Assembly (NCBI GenBank): GCA_963677895.2
Contig: CAXXGJ010000025.1
Location: 160,001 to 224,000, forward strand
From: Treponemataceae bacterium
GTDB lineage: Bacteria; Spirochaetota; Spirochaetia; Treponematales; Rectinemataceae
Length of the DNA stretch: 64,000 bases
Reading direction: 5' to 3'
Made by a program: the position numbers and the translations under genes. The notes beneath the pieces were generated by a model. It worked only from the letters and a program-made list of their open reading frames with translations. It made no database searches and had not been told where the DNA came from. Below are positions 27,810-37,625 of the stretch, in pieces; the stretch's first letter is position 1, and every line of letters begins with the position of its first letter.

Positions 27810-28421
27810 ATGGCAGGATACGACAAGCCCGATTTCTGGTCCATCAAAGCCCGGAAGGAGGGCTACCCGGCCCGCTCCGTGTATAAGCTCGAGGAGATGG
27901 TCGCAAAATTCAGCCTCTTCAAAAAAGCCTCGGGAGCAGCCGGCGGCTTCCGGATACTCGACATAGGCGCCGCTCCGGGCTCCTGGAGCCTCTGGATCCT
28001 GCGCAACCTGGCGGGCGCGGGGCAACTAACAGCCATCGACATCCAGGATCTCGGCATCTCGCCCAAGGACGCCAATTTCACTTTCATAAAAGGCAGCATC
28101 CTCGACGAGGCAGTCCGCGCCCGCCTCCGCGAGTCCGGCCCCTACTCCCTCGTCGTTTCGGACGCGGCGCCCAACACCACGGGCAACCGCCTCGTGGATC
28201 AGGGCCGCTCGGAGGAACTCGTCGAATCCGTAATGGGCCTCGCCCTCGAAGTGCTGGCGCCGGGCGGTTCGCTCGTGATGAAGATATTCCAGGGCGGGGA
28301 GGAAAAGCGCCTCATCACCGATCTCAAGACACGTTTTGATCAGGCGCGCGGATTCAAGCCCGAGGCTTGCCGGGCCATATCCTTCGAGACCTATCTCGTG
28401 GCGATGGGATTCAAGGGCTGA
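27810..28421 (+). CDS. rlmE: 23S rRNA methyltransferase RlmE/FtsJ
   Basis: GYPARSVYKL, LDIGAAPGSW, VVSDAAPNTTG, KIFQG. Confidence 0.92.
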   Translation: MAGYDKPDFWSIKARKEGYPARSVYKLEEMVAKFSLFKKASGAAGGFRILDIGAAPGSWSLWILRNLAGAGQLTAIDIQDLGISPKDANFTFIKGSILDEAVRARLRESGPYSLVVSDAAPNTTGNRLVDQGRSEELVESVMGLALEVLAPGGSLVMKIFQGGEEKRLITDLKTRFDQARGFKPEACRAISFETYLVAMGFKG

Positions 28422-28427
28422 CGAAAC

Positions 28428-28949
28428 TCAGCAGGGCAGGTTTTTCAGGTATTCGATCACTTCTTTTTTGGATGGCCTTTTGGCTATGAAAGTTCTGAAG
28501 TCCTTCTTTCCGGCCATACAGGCGATGCCCGAAAGCGCCGAAAGATGATGCTGAACTCCCGCCGACAGGATGAGGAAGAGCGTTGTTACGGGCTTGCCGT
28601 CCGGAGCGCTCCAATCGAGCGGCATGTCCAGATAGCCGATAGCCATGAAAGCGCTTTCATCATTGGCCGCTTCCTGTTTCCGCGAATGGGGAATGGCGAA
28701 CCCTTCGCCTATGGCCGTCGTGCCGAGGCGTTCCCTTTCGATAAGCGCGTTTTTCAGCGCCGCCCGATCCACGGACTTGGGTAAGCGCAGCACTTTCGCG
28801 AAGGAAGAAATCGCCTCTTCCGCGCTTCCCCCCTGGATGTTGTAATACACGTCGCCTTTTTCCAAGAGAGAACAGACAAGGCTTTTTTTGGAGATTGCGG
28901 ATCCATCGACTTTGGACGCGTCATCCTTCTGCTCAGCGGATTGCTTCAC
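28428..28949 (-). CDS. PTS IIA (Ntr/Fru-like) protein
   Basis: RERLGTTAIGEGFAIPH (phospho-His), DWSAPDGKPV..LFL, HLSAL; GTG start inferred. Confidence 0.85.
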   Translation of the reverse strand: MKQSAEQKDDASKVDGSAISKKSLVCSLLEKGDVYYNIQGGSAEEAISSFAKVLRLPKSVDRAALKNALIERERLGTTAIGEGFAIPHSRKQEAANDESAFMAIGYLDMPLDWSAPDGKPVTTLFLILSAGVQHHLSALSGIACMAGKKDFRTFIAKRPSKKEVIEYLKNLPC

Positions 28950-29048
28950 AGATATTATTCTATAGATCGGGCGAGGTTTCAGCAAGAGATAGGCAGACCT
29001 CGGCGATAGATCGGCCCGAGCTCACTCCAGCCCGTATTCGAAAACGGG

Positions 29049-29230
29049 GGTCTGGCCAGGGAGAGCGTGGAGACTGAGGGATTTCAATATGGTTTTCTTT
29101 CCGTCATACGAGAAGCACACGTTCTCGAATCGCATATCGCCACTAAGGTGACCTCGCCCATCATGAGGCCGATACAGACCAGGATGTGCTTCCTGTACTT
29201 CCCGAGATGTGCATAAAGGGTTCGTATCAC
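29049..29230 (-). pseudogene. Chimeric remnant of a paralogous ABC-exporter gene pair
   Basis: 29049-29146 closely matches 55201-55298 (NBD of gene 2); 29147-29275 closely matches 58142-58272 (start of gene 1). Confidence 0.9.
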
Positions 29231-29400
29231 GGTTTTTCATTCTCCTCTAGATCGCTCGGACACTGGGCGCCCATAGCCTCAAGATTCCTGATCATTCGTA
29301 TATACATGAAGCGTAAAACCCCACGCTCTTTGTCCGAGAAGCCTTCGAGCATGCGTTGATCCATGTCATCGAAAGCCATTCCGGGCAGATTTCATCAAAC
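29227..29400 (-). pseudogene. C-terminal remnant of a MarR-like regulator
   Basis: Manual translation AFDDMDQRMLEGFSDKERGVLRFMYIRMIRNLEAMGAQCPSDLEENEKP*, with the stop overlapping the ABC GTG. Confidence 0.6.
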
Positions 29401-29414
29401 TTACCAATTCTCTT

Positions 29415-29560
29415 TCACTTCTTGCTTTCATTCACAATCTCATTATACCCTTTCCTTTTCGATGCCGCACTTGTAATATCAACACCTGCCTCTACCCTTC
29501 CGATTCGTAATACCGCCATGACTTTATATCCTTCAGGTAATCAAGGACGCTTTTCTGCGT
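29415..29560 (-). pseudogene. C-terminal gene fragment, possibly nitroreductase family
   Basis: LPEGYKVMAVLRIGRVEAGVDITSAASKRKGYNEIVNESKK*. Confidence 0.4.
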
Positions 29561-29568
29561 AGTCCGTC

Positions 29569-29917
29569 TCTTGAGTCCTTTCTTCAGAGAAAGAAACGTG
29601 CAACGCTGCCTATTGCGCCAAAGGTCACCGGCGATGTTGAAGCGCACATCATCACCTTGTATTGTAGCAACCCTCCTGAAGGTTATATGCGATGGACTGT
29701 CCGTTTGCTGGCGGACAAATGTATTGAACTTGGAATTATCGACTCCATTTCTCCAATGACGATCAACAGGACATTAAAAAAACGAATTTAAGCCTCACTT
29801 GAAAAAATACTGGTGTATTCCTCCCCAGCACAATGGTCGTTTCGTTGCCGCAATGGAAGATGTTCTGGAAGTATATAGCAGGCCCTATAACGTCAATCGT
29901 CCGGTGGTATTCATGGT
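29569..29917 (+). mobile_element. IS630 family transposase, 5' fragment (left end missing)
   Basis: CSNPPEGYMRWTVRLLADK..RTLKK, slippery TTAAAAAAAC, then KPHLKKYWCIPP..FVAAMEDVLEVY..PVVFM, cut at the first catalytic Asp. Confidence 0.88.
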
Positions 29918-30009
29918 TATGCTGAGCCCATCGGGTAGGGCCACTACAGAAAATTAATAAGGTGGAATTGATAGTCCCCCAATATCTGGACACTTTTCAA
30001 GTTAGAAAA

Positions 30010-30858
30010 TCAGCCTGACAGGCTGTTGGGGACACATGCCAGGGACGCGAATTCCTTAGGTGTTCTGTACCCAAGGGAGCTATGCGGTCGGAACTCGTTG
30101 TAATCCTTTCGCCACGTCTCGATTTTAATCTTCGCATCTTCTAGAGACAGAAACCAGTGCGTCTGAAGGCATTCTTCCCTGAAACTCCCGTTGAAAGATT
30201 CAATGTACGCGTTGTCTGTCGGTTTACCAGGCCGGGAAAACACAAGCCCAATGCCTTTCTGGTAAGCCCAAAGATCAAGTTCCTTCGAAACGAATTCGGG
30301 GCCATTGTCGACTCGAATTGCGGATGGTTTTTGCCGATGAATACACAATCGTTCCAACGCCTGGACCACATCCGTGCCCTTCATCGATTGGCCTATATGA
30401 GTACAAAGGCATTCCCGGGTGAAAACATCAACGACCGTCAAAGTCCTGAACCACTTTCCATTGAAAAGCTGGTCTGAGACGAAATCCATTGCCCATACCT
30501 CGTTAGCTCGACTCTCTTTTACCAGTTCTATTCGAGGCCTCGCCACCTGCTTTCTTCGTGATTTGAGCCGCATGTTGAGGTTTTCTAGACAGTAAAGACG
30601 GTAGACGCGCTTTCTGTTTATCTTCAAGCCTTCGCGTTGCAGAAGTACATGGATCCTTCGATAGCCATACTTCACCCGCGTCGTAGCGTAATCGCGAATC
30701 TTCATCCGCAAGACTTCCTGATCATCAGGATGGGGCTTGTAGTAATAGGTTGCACGGTTGAGCAATAGGACCTTACAGGCGGTCCTGATGCTTACCCGGT
30801 AGGTGGCAACAAGGTTGTCGACCAACTCATGCTTCCGGGCAAGCGTCAGGCTTTTTTT
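30010..30858 (-). CDS. IS3 OrfB (DDE transposase), expressed by -1 frameshift
   Basis: [31 protein letters not shown]7G slip site at 30851-30858. Confidence 0.92.
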   Translation of the reverse strand, partial: KKSLTLARKHELVDNLVATYRVSIRTACKVLLLNRATYYYKPHPDDQEVLRMKIRDYATTRVKYGYRRIHVLLQREGLKINRKRVYRLYCLENLNMRLKSRRKQVARPRIELVKESRANEVWAMDFVSDQLFNGKWFRTLTVVDVFTRECLCTHIGQSMKGTDVVQALERLCIHRQKPSAIRVDNGPEFVSKELDLWAYQKGIGLVFSRPGKPTDNAYIESFNGSFREECLQTHWFLSLEDAKIKIETWRKDYNEFRPHSSLGYRTPKEFASLACVPNSLSG

Positions 30859-31112
30859 GACAGCACCTCCTGCAGCATGTGCTTGTCCAAGCTGAGCTCG
30901 GCAACCATCTGCTTCAAGCGCTTGTTTTCATCTTCGAGCTGCCGCAAACGTTTCAGTTCACTGGGCAGCAGCCCTGCGTACTTCTTCTTCCACCGGTAGA
31001 AGGTCTGTTCGCTGATCTCCATCTTCCGGATGATATCAGCGACGGGGGTGTCGGTTTCCGCTTGCTTCAGGGCAAAGGCAATTTGCTCATCGGTGAAGCT
31101 CGATTTCTTCAT
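30846..31112 (-). CDS. IS3 OrfA
   Basis: [37 protein letters not shown]. Confidence 0.92.
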   Translation of the reverse strand: MKKSSFTDEQIAFALKQAETDTPVADIIRKMEISEQTFYRWKKKYAGLLPSELKRLRQLEDENKRLKQMVAELSLDKHMLQEVLSKKA

Positions 31113-31219
31113 TGGACCGCTCCTTCCTGTAGTATCGCATTAAAATGCGATTACTGACATTATGAGTGTCCAGTTTTCGGGTGGCAGATCAGAATATCCT
31201 AGGAAAAGGAGTGTCCACC

Positions 31220-31522
31220 ATGAGGAAGAAGTTCGACGAGCAGTTCAAGACAATGGTTGCCCTCGAGGCAGTAAAAGAGGAGCTTACGCTCCAGGAGTTG
31301 GCCGAAAAGTATCAAGTCCACCCGAACCAGATCAGCGTCTGGAAGAAGAAGCTCCTGGAACAGTCCTCGGCGCTGTTTGAACGAAAGAACAAGAAGGACG
31401 AAGAATACAACCAGCTCAAGAAGGAAAAGGAAGAACTCTTCCGCCAGCTGGGGCAAATGCAGTATGAGAACGAATGGCTAAAAAAAAAGTACAAACAGCT
31501 GTACGGCAAAGATCCAGGCTGA
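31220..31522 (+). CDS. IS3 OrfA (outer element)
   Basis: FKTMVALEA..LAEKYQVHPNQISVWKK..ENEWLKKK; AAGGAG RBS. Confidence 0.9.
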   Translation: MRKKFDEQFKTMVALEAVKEELTLQELAEKYQVHPNQISVWKKKLLEQSSALFERKNKKDEEYNQLKKEKEELFRQLGQMQYENEWLKKKYKQLYGKDPG

Positions 31523-32355
31523 TCGATAAAAAGGAGCCCGTCTTGTCAGTGCGACGACAGTGTGAGCTGCTCAAGGTCCAAAGGAGCTGCGTCTATTACC
31601 GCTCAAAGCCTACTCAAGACTTGAATCATGAGCGTCATAAGGCGCTTATCCTCGCCATAAACGGGAAGTTGCCCTTCTATGGCTATCGAAAGATCACGCT
31701 GGAACTGCAGTCAAAGAAAAGTGAGCTCAGCCAAAAGCAGGTTCGAAGGCTCATGCATTCAATGCATCTTAAAGCGTCGCATGCCAAGAGAATGACCAGC
31801 ATGAAGCATCCTGAGAATCCTATCTATCCGTACCTGTTGAAGAATATCGTTGTACGATATCCCAACCAGGTGTGGATCTCGGATCTGACGTACATTAAGC
31901 TTCCATGGCTTGGATATGTGTACCTCGTCGCTATCATGGATCTCTATAGCCGCAAGGTGCTGTCCTGGAAGCTTTCCAACAGCATGGACTCATTATTCTA
32001 CGAAGAAGCCCTAAAAGAGGCCATAGTGCGCTTTGGCGTGCCTTCGCTCTTCAATACTGACCAAGGAAGCCAGTTTACATCGAATACGTTTACGCAGATT
32101 CTCCAAGACTATGGATTACAGATCAGTATGGACGGCCGAGGACGCTGGCGGGACAACGTACACATTGAACGGCTCTGGAGAACTGTAAAGTACGAAGACA
32201 TCTACCTCCAGGGCTACGAAAATCTAAGGGCATTAAAGCGAGGGCTTACTTCTTATTTTGAATTCTATAATCGGTATCGGTTTCATCAGAACCTGGACTA
32301 CGAGACACCTGACCACCGCTATCGTTCGTTCCAGGCTAAGAATTTGGTAGCGTAA
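31474..32355 (+). CDS. IS3 OrfB (outer element), -1 frameshift at A9G 31480-31489
   Basis: FYGYRK, PNQVWISDLTY, NTDQGSQFTS, SMDGRGRWRDN..IERLWRTVKYE. Confidence 0.92.
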   Translation: MAKKKVQTAVRQRSRLIDKKEPVLSVRRQCELLKVQRSCVYYRSKPTQDLNHERHKALILAINGKLPFYGYRKITLELQSKKSELSQKQVRRLMHSMHLKASHAKRMTSMKHPENPIYPYLLKNIVVRYPNQVWISDLTYIKLPWLGYVYLVAIMDLYSRKVLSWKLSNSMDSLFYEEALKEAIVRFGVPSLFNTDQGSQFTSNTFTQILQDYGLQISMDGRGRWRDNVHIERLWRTVKYEDIYLQGYENLRALKRGLTSYFEFYNRYRFHQNLDYETPDHRYRSFQAKNLVA

Positions 32356-32408
32356 ATGGCCACCTTATTCGTCAGCTGTTTTTGGTCTTGATCTGAGGGC
32401 CCAGCATA

Positions 32409-32852
32409 GTACCCCGATGCTCGAGAACATCGGACCAAGGTTGATTGGGCACACCATATCGAACAACTCCTCATAGTGGAATATCCAACAGCAGAAAAGA
32501 TTGTTCTCGTAATGGATAACTTGAATACCCATGGTATTTCATCGTTATACGATTCCTTCCCGCCATAGAAAGCATTCGAACTGGCCCAGCGGTTGGAAAT
32601 TCACTATACGCCAAAACATGGGAGTTGGCTAAATATCGCTGAAATTGAACTCTCTGCGCTTGGTCGACAGTGTTTAGCAAAAGGAGAGTCGACTGCCTCA
32701 ATGATCTGAATTCTGAGCTTGCGAGCTGGTATGTGAGCAGGAATAAAAACCAGCGCGTCGTTGATTGGCAATTCACAACACATGACGCAAGAACGAAACT
32801 GGGGCGTCTATATCCAATTATCGATGATAATATTATATGTTACAGACTACTA
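32409..32852 (+). mobile_element. IS630 family transposase, 3' fragment and right end (pseudogene)
   Basis: [47 protein letters not shown]; in-frame TAG at 32566, frameshift near 32680, ends ..ACAGACTACTA. Confidence 0.88.
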
Positions 32853-33124
32853 GAAGAAAGGTGTCCATATTCCAGGGAGATTTACTTTGCTTTCCTTGTG
32901 CCTATTGATAGGTATTATGACGACTTTTTTCTTAAGGATTTTCACAGCCATTATCAATATGGATATCGACCGCGATGATCAATGTGCCGATGATTTTTAT
33001 ATTGTAAGTACTCTTTGTGGGAACACTTGTTCGAAATCTTTCCCCTTTCCAAAATTGCCAAAATTGATTTCATGGCGGATCGCTCGGCCGCGCGTTGAAT
33101 AATCACCGGATTGAATGGCCGCGA

Positions 33125-34558
33125 TCAAACCAGATTGACCTTCAGCGGAAGGACTATGCGGAACTCCGTCCCCGCCTCCACTTCGCTTTTCACGTCGATC
33201 CGCCCTCCGTGCGCCTCGACGACAGCTTTGGCAACGGCTAGGCCGAGCCCGCTGCCGGCGGGACCTTCATCACCTTCGGTCCTCGCTTCGTCCACGCGGT
33301 AGAACCGATCGAATATTTTGCCGATCTTTTCGGAGGGAATGCCGGGGCCATTGTCCGACACGATGACACAAGCGTCGGTCTCCCGCGACTCCAGACGGAG
33401 ATCGATATGGCCATTATTCTTTCGGCCATATTTGATCGCGTTGTCCAGAAGGTTGCCAAGCACTGTCACGAGAGCTTTTCGATCGCCGAACACTATGGTT
33501 TCCGGCAACTCTCCGACGACGAGCTTAGCCCCCTTGGCCGAAGCGAGAGGGCCAAATCGTTCTACCGCCTCTAGGGCGATGTCAGCAAGGTCGACGAATT
33601 TCCAAGAAGTCTTGAGCCCACCTTCGTCGGCGCGGGCGAGGGTCAAGAGATCCTCGACCAACTTCGACATGAAGACGCTTTCGGTCCGGATCGACGTCAG
33701 GCTGCGCCTATATTCGCCCACCGATCGCTCCGAACCCAGGGATCGTTCCGTCTCCAACATGATGATGGAGAGCGGCGTGCGCAGTTCGTGGCCAGCATCG
33801 GCGATGAAGCGTTTTTGTCGCGCAAAAACCGCCTCGAGTCGATCGAGCATCTCGTCGAATACCGAGGAAATTTCTCCAAGCTCATCGCGGGTCCCGAGTC
33901 GTATTCTCCGCGAGAGATCTCCTTCACCTATCGATCTCGCCGTCTTCGCGATCCGCGCCACGGGTTTCATCGATTTGTTTGCCAACCATACTCCGCTCAA
34001 CAGAGCGGAGGCGAGCATGAGGATGAGCGCCAAGAGTAAATTCACGAGGAGCCTTAGACGAAGTCCATAGGGATCGAGAGGCGCTCCATAGAGAAGGTGT
34101 CCCCCAGGAGCGAACCCTTCTGGCCGTTCGAGCCACATATAGCCAAATAGAAGATCACCGCTCGCGACGTAGCTCGAAGGATTCGTCCCCTTCGACGGCC
34201 GGCCCCCACTGTTCTTTTCGGCTATGGGAGGAGCGCCCGCCGCGGACGCCGCCAGGGAGAGAGCCTTTTTTTCGTCGATCCCCTCGGCGCGAAGCACCTT
34301 CCCATCGCTCCCTATGACGGCGAAGGCCTCGTCGGAGCGCAGGGAGACATCCTGACCACGGTCCAAGGCGCGAAGAAGATCTCCCATCTCCTTGGATACC
34401 CGAAACCGGCTTTCGCCGTAGATATCCCGCACTTGATTGAGATAGATAAACGCGCCGAAGGCGATCGTGAGGATGCCTATCAGCACCGTATACCAAAGGG
34501 TTATACGGAAGTGGCTGCTCTTCAGAAAACTCGTCCGTCCCGCAGGTTCACTCATCAT
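33125..34558 (-). CDS. Sensor histidine kinase (HAMP-HisKA-HATPase)
   Basis: Two TMs, DELGEI, FIADAGHELRTPL, NLLDNAIKY, DNGPGI, GSGLGLAV. Confidence 0.93.
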   Translation of the reverse strand: MMSEPAGRTSFLKSSHFRITLWYTVLIGILTIAFGAFIYLNQVRDIYGESRFRVSKEMGDLLRALDRGQDVSLRSDEAFAVIGSDGKVLRAEGIDEKKALSLAASAAGAPPIAEKNSGGRPSKGTNPSSYVASGDLLFGYMWLERPEGFAPGGHLLYGAPLDPYGLRLRLLVNLLLALILMLASALLSGVWLANKSMKPVARIAKTARSIGEGDLSRRIRLGTRDELGEISSVFDEMLDRLEAVFARQKRFIADAGHELRTPLSIIMLETERSLGSERSVGEYRRSLTSIRTESVFMSKLVEDLLTLARADEGGLKTSWKFVDLADIALEAVERFGPLASAKGAKLVVGELPETIVFGDRKALVTVLGNLLDNAIKYGRKNNGHIDLRLESRETDACVIVSDNGPGIPSEKIGKIFDRFYRVDEARTEGDEGPAGSGLGLAVAKAVVEAHGGRIDVKSEVEAGTEFRIVLPLKVNLV

Positions 34559-35238
34559 TTGTCCCTCGCGGGATCGCGCAGACGATAGCCTGTTCCCCGC
34601 ACGGTCTCCAGCAGCTTAACCTCGAAGCCGTCGTCGAGTTTCGCCCTCAGGCGCCGAATGTAGACGTCCACGACATTCGAGACGACGATATTCTCCTGGC
34701 TCCACAGATGCTCCTCGACAAGCTCGCGGGTGACGGTCTGTCCGACATGCCTCATCAGATACTCAAGGAGCCCAAACTCCCGTGGCGTGAGATCAAGGAG
34801 CTTTTCTCCTCTGTGCACCTCGTGCCTAGCCGGATCGAGCGCGATGTCGCCCACTCGAAGCTCTCCCGCTGTACCTGCCGCCCCGCGCCTGAGCAAGGCT
34901 CTAATCCTCGCCAGGAGCTCGGCGAGTTCGAAGGGTTTTGGGAGATAATCGTCTGCCCCTATATCGAGCCCACGAACTTTGTCTTCGACATCGAGGCGGG
35001 CCGTGAGCATGAGGATCGGCGTCGTCACCTTCCTGGTCCGCAGGGCGCGGCATACCTCGAAACCATCCTTGCCCGGAAGCATGACGTCCAGCACTACAAG
35101 GTCGTATGCCGAGGAAGAGCCCATGCCCACTCCTTCGGGACCGTCGTAGGCCGGATCGACGGCGTAGCCCTCCTCCTGGAGGGATTCTGCCAGCGCGGCG
35201 GAGAACCGCCTGTTGTCCTCGACGAGCAGTATTCGCAT
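34555..35238 (-). CDS. OmpR/CusR family response regulator
   Basis: ILLVED, LDVMLP, LTAR, GADDYLPKPF, VDVYIRRLRAK, TVRGTGY. Confidence 0.94.
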   Translation of the reverse strand: MRILLVEDNRRFSAALAESLQEEGYAVDPAYDGPEGVGMGSSSAYDLVVLDVMLPGKDGFEVCRALRTRKVTTPILMLTARLDVEDKVRGLDIGADDYLPKPFELAELLARIRALLRRGAAGTAGELRVGDIALDPARHEVHRGEKLLDLTPREFGLLEYLMRHVGQTVTRELVEEHLWSQENIVVSNVVDVYIRRLRAKLDDGFEVKLLETVRGTGYRLRDPARDK

Positions 35239-35364
35239 CAAGAATCTCCCTGAATGCTGGCCTTCAGCGTCGACCCGCTTCGCTTTATCTCATTAAAACA
35301 TATTTCACAAGCCCACGCGAGAGACATCGGCGAGCGGCGCTGGGGATGGACCGAGGATAAACCG

Positions 35365-36411
35365 TCAGCCGCAGATTTGGGCTATCCACGCGAAGATTTC
35401 TTCTTTGTCATAGTCGCCACTGCGACGGATGTGCCAGTATCGAGCGATCGTCGCGTCTACGCCTACCATGGAGCAGTAGTCGTCAATTCCGCCCAGCTGT
35501 CGTCCATAGGCCATATCGACATCTTCGAGGCCGCTGATCGGGCAATGGCAGCAGGCGGCGAAGACATCGTCCCGCGCGTCCGCCGCCCCGAGAGACTTCA
35601 GGTAAGGCTCATAGTCCTTGCTGTTGCCCGTGACTCCGAGAATGGCTGAGATAACGCCGCCGATACTCGTGCCGTTGGATATGATTTTCTCGGCGTCGCC
35701 CGGCATGACTGCGTCATTGTAGCGCAAGTAGCGAACGGCGGCCTTGAGATCGACGATACAGGCTAAAATGTCGTCCGCGCAGAGACCGTCGTTTTGGATG
35801 ATCCCCCTACAACCAGGCGAGGCGACGATGTAACCTTTGGCCAGGGCGACGGAAATAGCGTTGGGACCAGGACCGAGACCGCAGAAACCACCGGGGACTG
35901 CGGGCGACGCCCCTGAGACAACGTCTACCGGCGAAATTGTCGTGCTCGCAAAATCGCTGGCGACGAGGCCGACGGATATACCAGATGACGGATTGGCCAC
36001 GAGGTCGCTAGGTTCGGTGGGCATGTACCCCCCCATGGCGTTGGTGAAAAAGATCGGCGCGCTGTCGACCGAATAGCCTCCGATCATCCTTCCTTCGTAA
36101 TAGTCTTCAGGTACGAAAAAGTCCATGCTTTCATCCCTGGAGCTGACAGGATCGGATACGTAGACGATTCCTTCGAAAGCGCGATATCTGATCGTCTGAT
36201 CGTCCACCGTCGTAGTCTTGATGGAATAGGGCTGCTGATCGAAGACGAGGCTGTGCGCTGCTTTGTCAGAAGCCTTCCACGATGAGGAGAGCTCCGGTGA
36301 AGCGGTCGCATCTTGAACCAACGCGGAAAAAGCCGCGATCATCAACGCCGCCAAAAGAAATCGTTCACCCACAAAAGAACGCTTATCCATGTCGTACACC
36401 TTCATGGCCAA
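35365..36411 (-). CDS. Subtype B tannase-like alpha/beta hydrolase with in-frame internal deletions (probably inactive)
   Basis: APIFFTNAMGGYMP, IVDLKAAVRYLR, GTSIGG, CPI..DMAY, C-terminal WHIRRSGDYD..FAWI. Confidence 0.7.
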   Translation of the reverse strand: MAMKVYDMDKRSFVGERFLLAALMIAAFSALVQDATASPELSSSWKASDKAAHSLVFDQQPYSIKTTTVDDQTIRYRAFEGIVYVSDPVSSRDESMDFFVPEDYYEGRMIGGYSVDSAPIFFTNAMGGYMPTEPSDLVANPSSGISVGLVASDFASTTISPVDVVSGASPAVPGGFCGLGPGPNAISVALAKGYIVASPGCRGIIQNDGLCADDILACIVDLKAAVRYLRYNDAVMPGDAEKIISNGTSIGGVISAILGVTGNSKDYEPYLKSLGAADARDDVFAACCHCPISGLEDVDMAYGRQLGGIDDYCSMVGVDATIARYWHIRRSGDYDKEEIFAWIAQICG

Positions 36412-36476
36412 GAGCTATATCGGCGTCGCGGTCAATCTTGGCCTTCTCCAGCGTCTTCATATACATGATAGTCCGT

Positions 36477-36857
36477 TCATACTCTCTGATCAGTCCGGGA
36501 AACGGGTTCAGGTATCCCAGGTCCATTTTTTTTGTCGTGCCCGAGGAACCGCCTTATGATGACGCCTACGATCGCCACGGCCGCGAAGACGCCCGAAAAT
36601 TTGGCGAGCACAAGGAGCACCGCTACAAGCTTGTTCCCTGAACCGCCGCCGGGACGTCCGTGCGTGGTGGCTAGGTTGGAAGCCGAGCCATCGGGTGATG
36701 CGCCGTAAGGCCCACCATAGGGAGACTGTTGTCTTGCCGCCGTCATGGCCGCGGGGGCAGGAACCGCGCTTGTCAGCTGGACTATCGAATAGGCCCCGAA
36801 ACCTATGGCGCAAGCGATCGCCAGGATCGCCAGAATTCGCACTACCGGTTTCATCAC
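36477..36857 (-). CDS. Small two-TM protein with a Gly/Pro-rich loop
   Basis: Two hydrophobic helices; overlaps the upstream stop; GGAGG RBS. Confidence 0.65.
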   Translation of the reverse strand: MMKPVVRILAILAIACAIGFGAYSIVQLTSAVPAPAAMTAARQQSPYGGPYGASPDGSASNLATTHGRPGGGSGNKLVAVLLVLAKFSGVFAAVAIVGVIIRRFLGHDKKNGPGIPEPVSRTDQRV

Positions 36858-37363
36858 TTCACCTCCGGGAGCGCTATCTTTTCAGGCCGCTTGCGGAAGA
36901 GGTTGATGATCGGCTCAATCAGATGCTTCTTTCCGTTGAACGCGATCCATCTCGCATGTAGGCCGCAATGGATCCCCAGGGTGATGAGGGCGATTTCCGC
37001 CGCCATCCCGTGGATCCGTTTCCAAACCAGGGAGAAAGGAAGACTGATCCCGAGGGCAGGAAGAGCGACCTTCGAGAGGGCAAAGCCGCTGACCATGATC
37101 AGTATCATCGCGAGAAAGAAGACACTGTCGACCACGAAGTTGAGGCGAGATTCGTGGAACAACCTCGCGAAGAATTTGGGCGCGACGCCGACAATCCACT
37201 CCCAATGGAGGAGAAGGTGGACGACGACGCAGGCCGCAAAGGCGATGGACAGCCACTCGTGGACGGGTATACCCGTGGTTCGCGGCGTCATCGCCAGGAC
37301 GAAGGCCATAAAAATGGCGATGTCCAGGAAAAGATTTGTGACTGTTTTGTTCTTGATAGGCAT
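36854..37363 (-). CDS. DUF4405-like cytochrome b-type membrane protein
   Basis: HEWLS..VHLLLHWEWI and WKRIH..IHCGLHARWI: paired TM His repeats. Confidence 0.8.
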   Translation of the reverse strand: MPIKNKTVTNLFLDIAIFMAFVLAMTPRTTGIPVHEWLSIAFAACVVVHLLLHWEWIVGVAPKFFARLFHESRLNFVVDSVFFLAMILIMVSGFALSKVALPALGISLPFSLVWKRIHGMAAEIALITLGIHCGLHARWIAFNGKKHLIEPIINLFRKRPEKIALPEVK

Positions 37364-37433
37364 ATGCGTACTCCCTATAGTTTTCTAGACCAATCGTGGG
37401 CTCGACGAGCCTTCCTTCGGTCTATGTGTTAAG

Positions 37434-37466
37434 AACATACGGCACGAAGATGACATCCAGATGACA
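37434..37466 (-). promoter_or_regulatory. Pho-box-like tandem repeat plus -10
   Basis: TGTCATCT twice at an 11-bp period; TGTCAT core 10 nt upstream of TATGTT. Confidence 0.65.
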
Positions 37467-37625
37467 AACGAAGAAAAATCTCTTTCGACCGACGGGCCAC
37501 GCTATCGGGAACTTGCCGATTTCTCCGGGTCCGCCGATGAGCGCTGAAAAGCATCCTACCTAGATACATCGATCCCGACAAATTCGCGTCAGTTGGGGGC
37601 GAGACAAATGAGGCCCGCTCCGCAG

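Larger units (their letters stand above)
29969..31191 (-). mobile_element. Intact IS3 family element (IS407-group-like), 1223 bp, 4-bp target duplication GAAT
   Basis: IRs TGATAGTCCCCCAATATCTGGACAC and TGATCTGCCACCCGAAAACTGGACAC; GAAT at 29965-29968 and 31192-31195. Confidence 0.93.
29918..32408 (+). mobile_element. IS3 family element (outer), interrupted just inside its left IR
   Basis: Left end TATGCTGAGCCC..ACAG..AATAAGGTGG; right end reverse complement TATGCTGGGCCC..ACAG..AATAAGGTGG. Confidence 0.85.

Noticed and set aside
29022..29240. 72-aa ORF as a novel small protein
   Set aside because: It is an out-of-frame/in-frame chimera across the ABC deletion junction
32853..33120. Short ORFs right of IS630
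   Set aside because: No recognisable motifs or RBS in any frame tried
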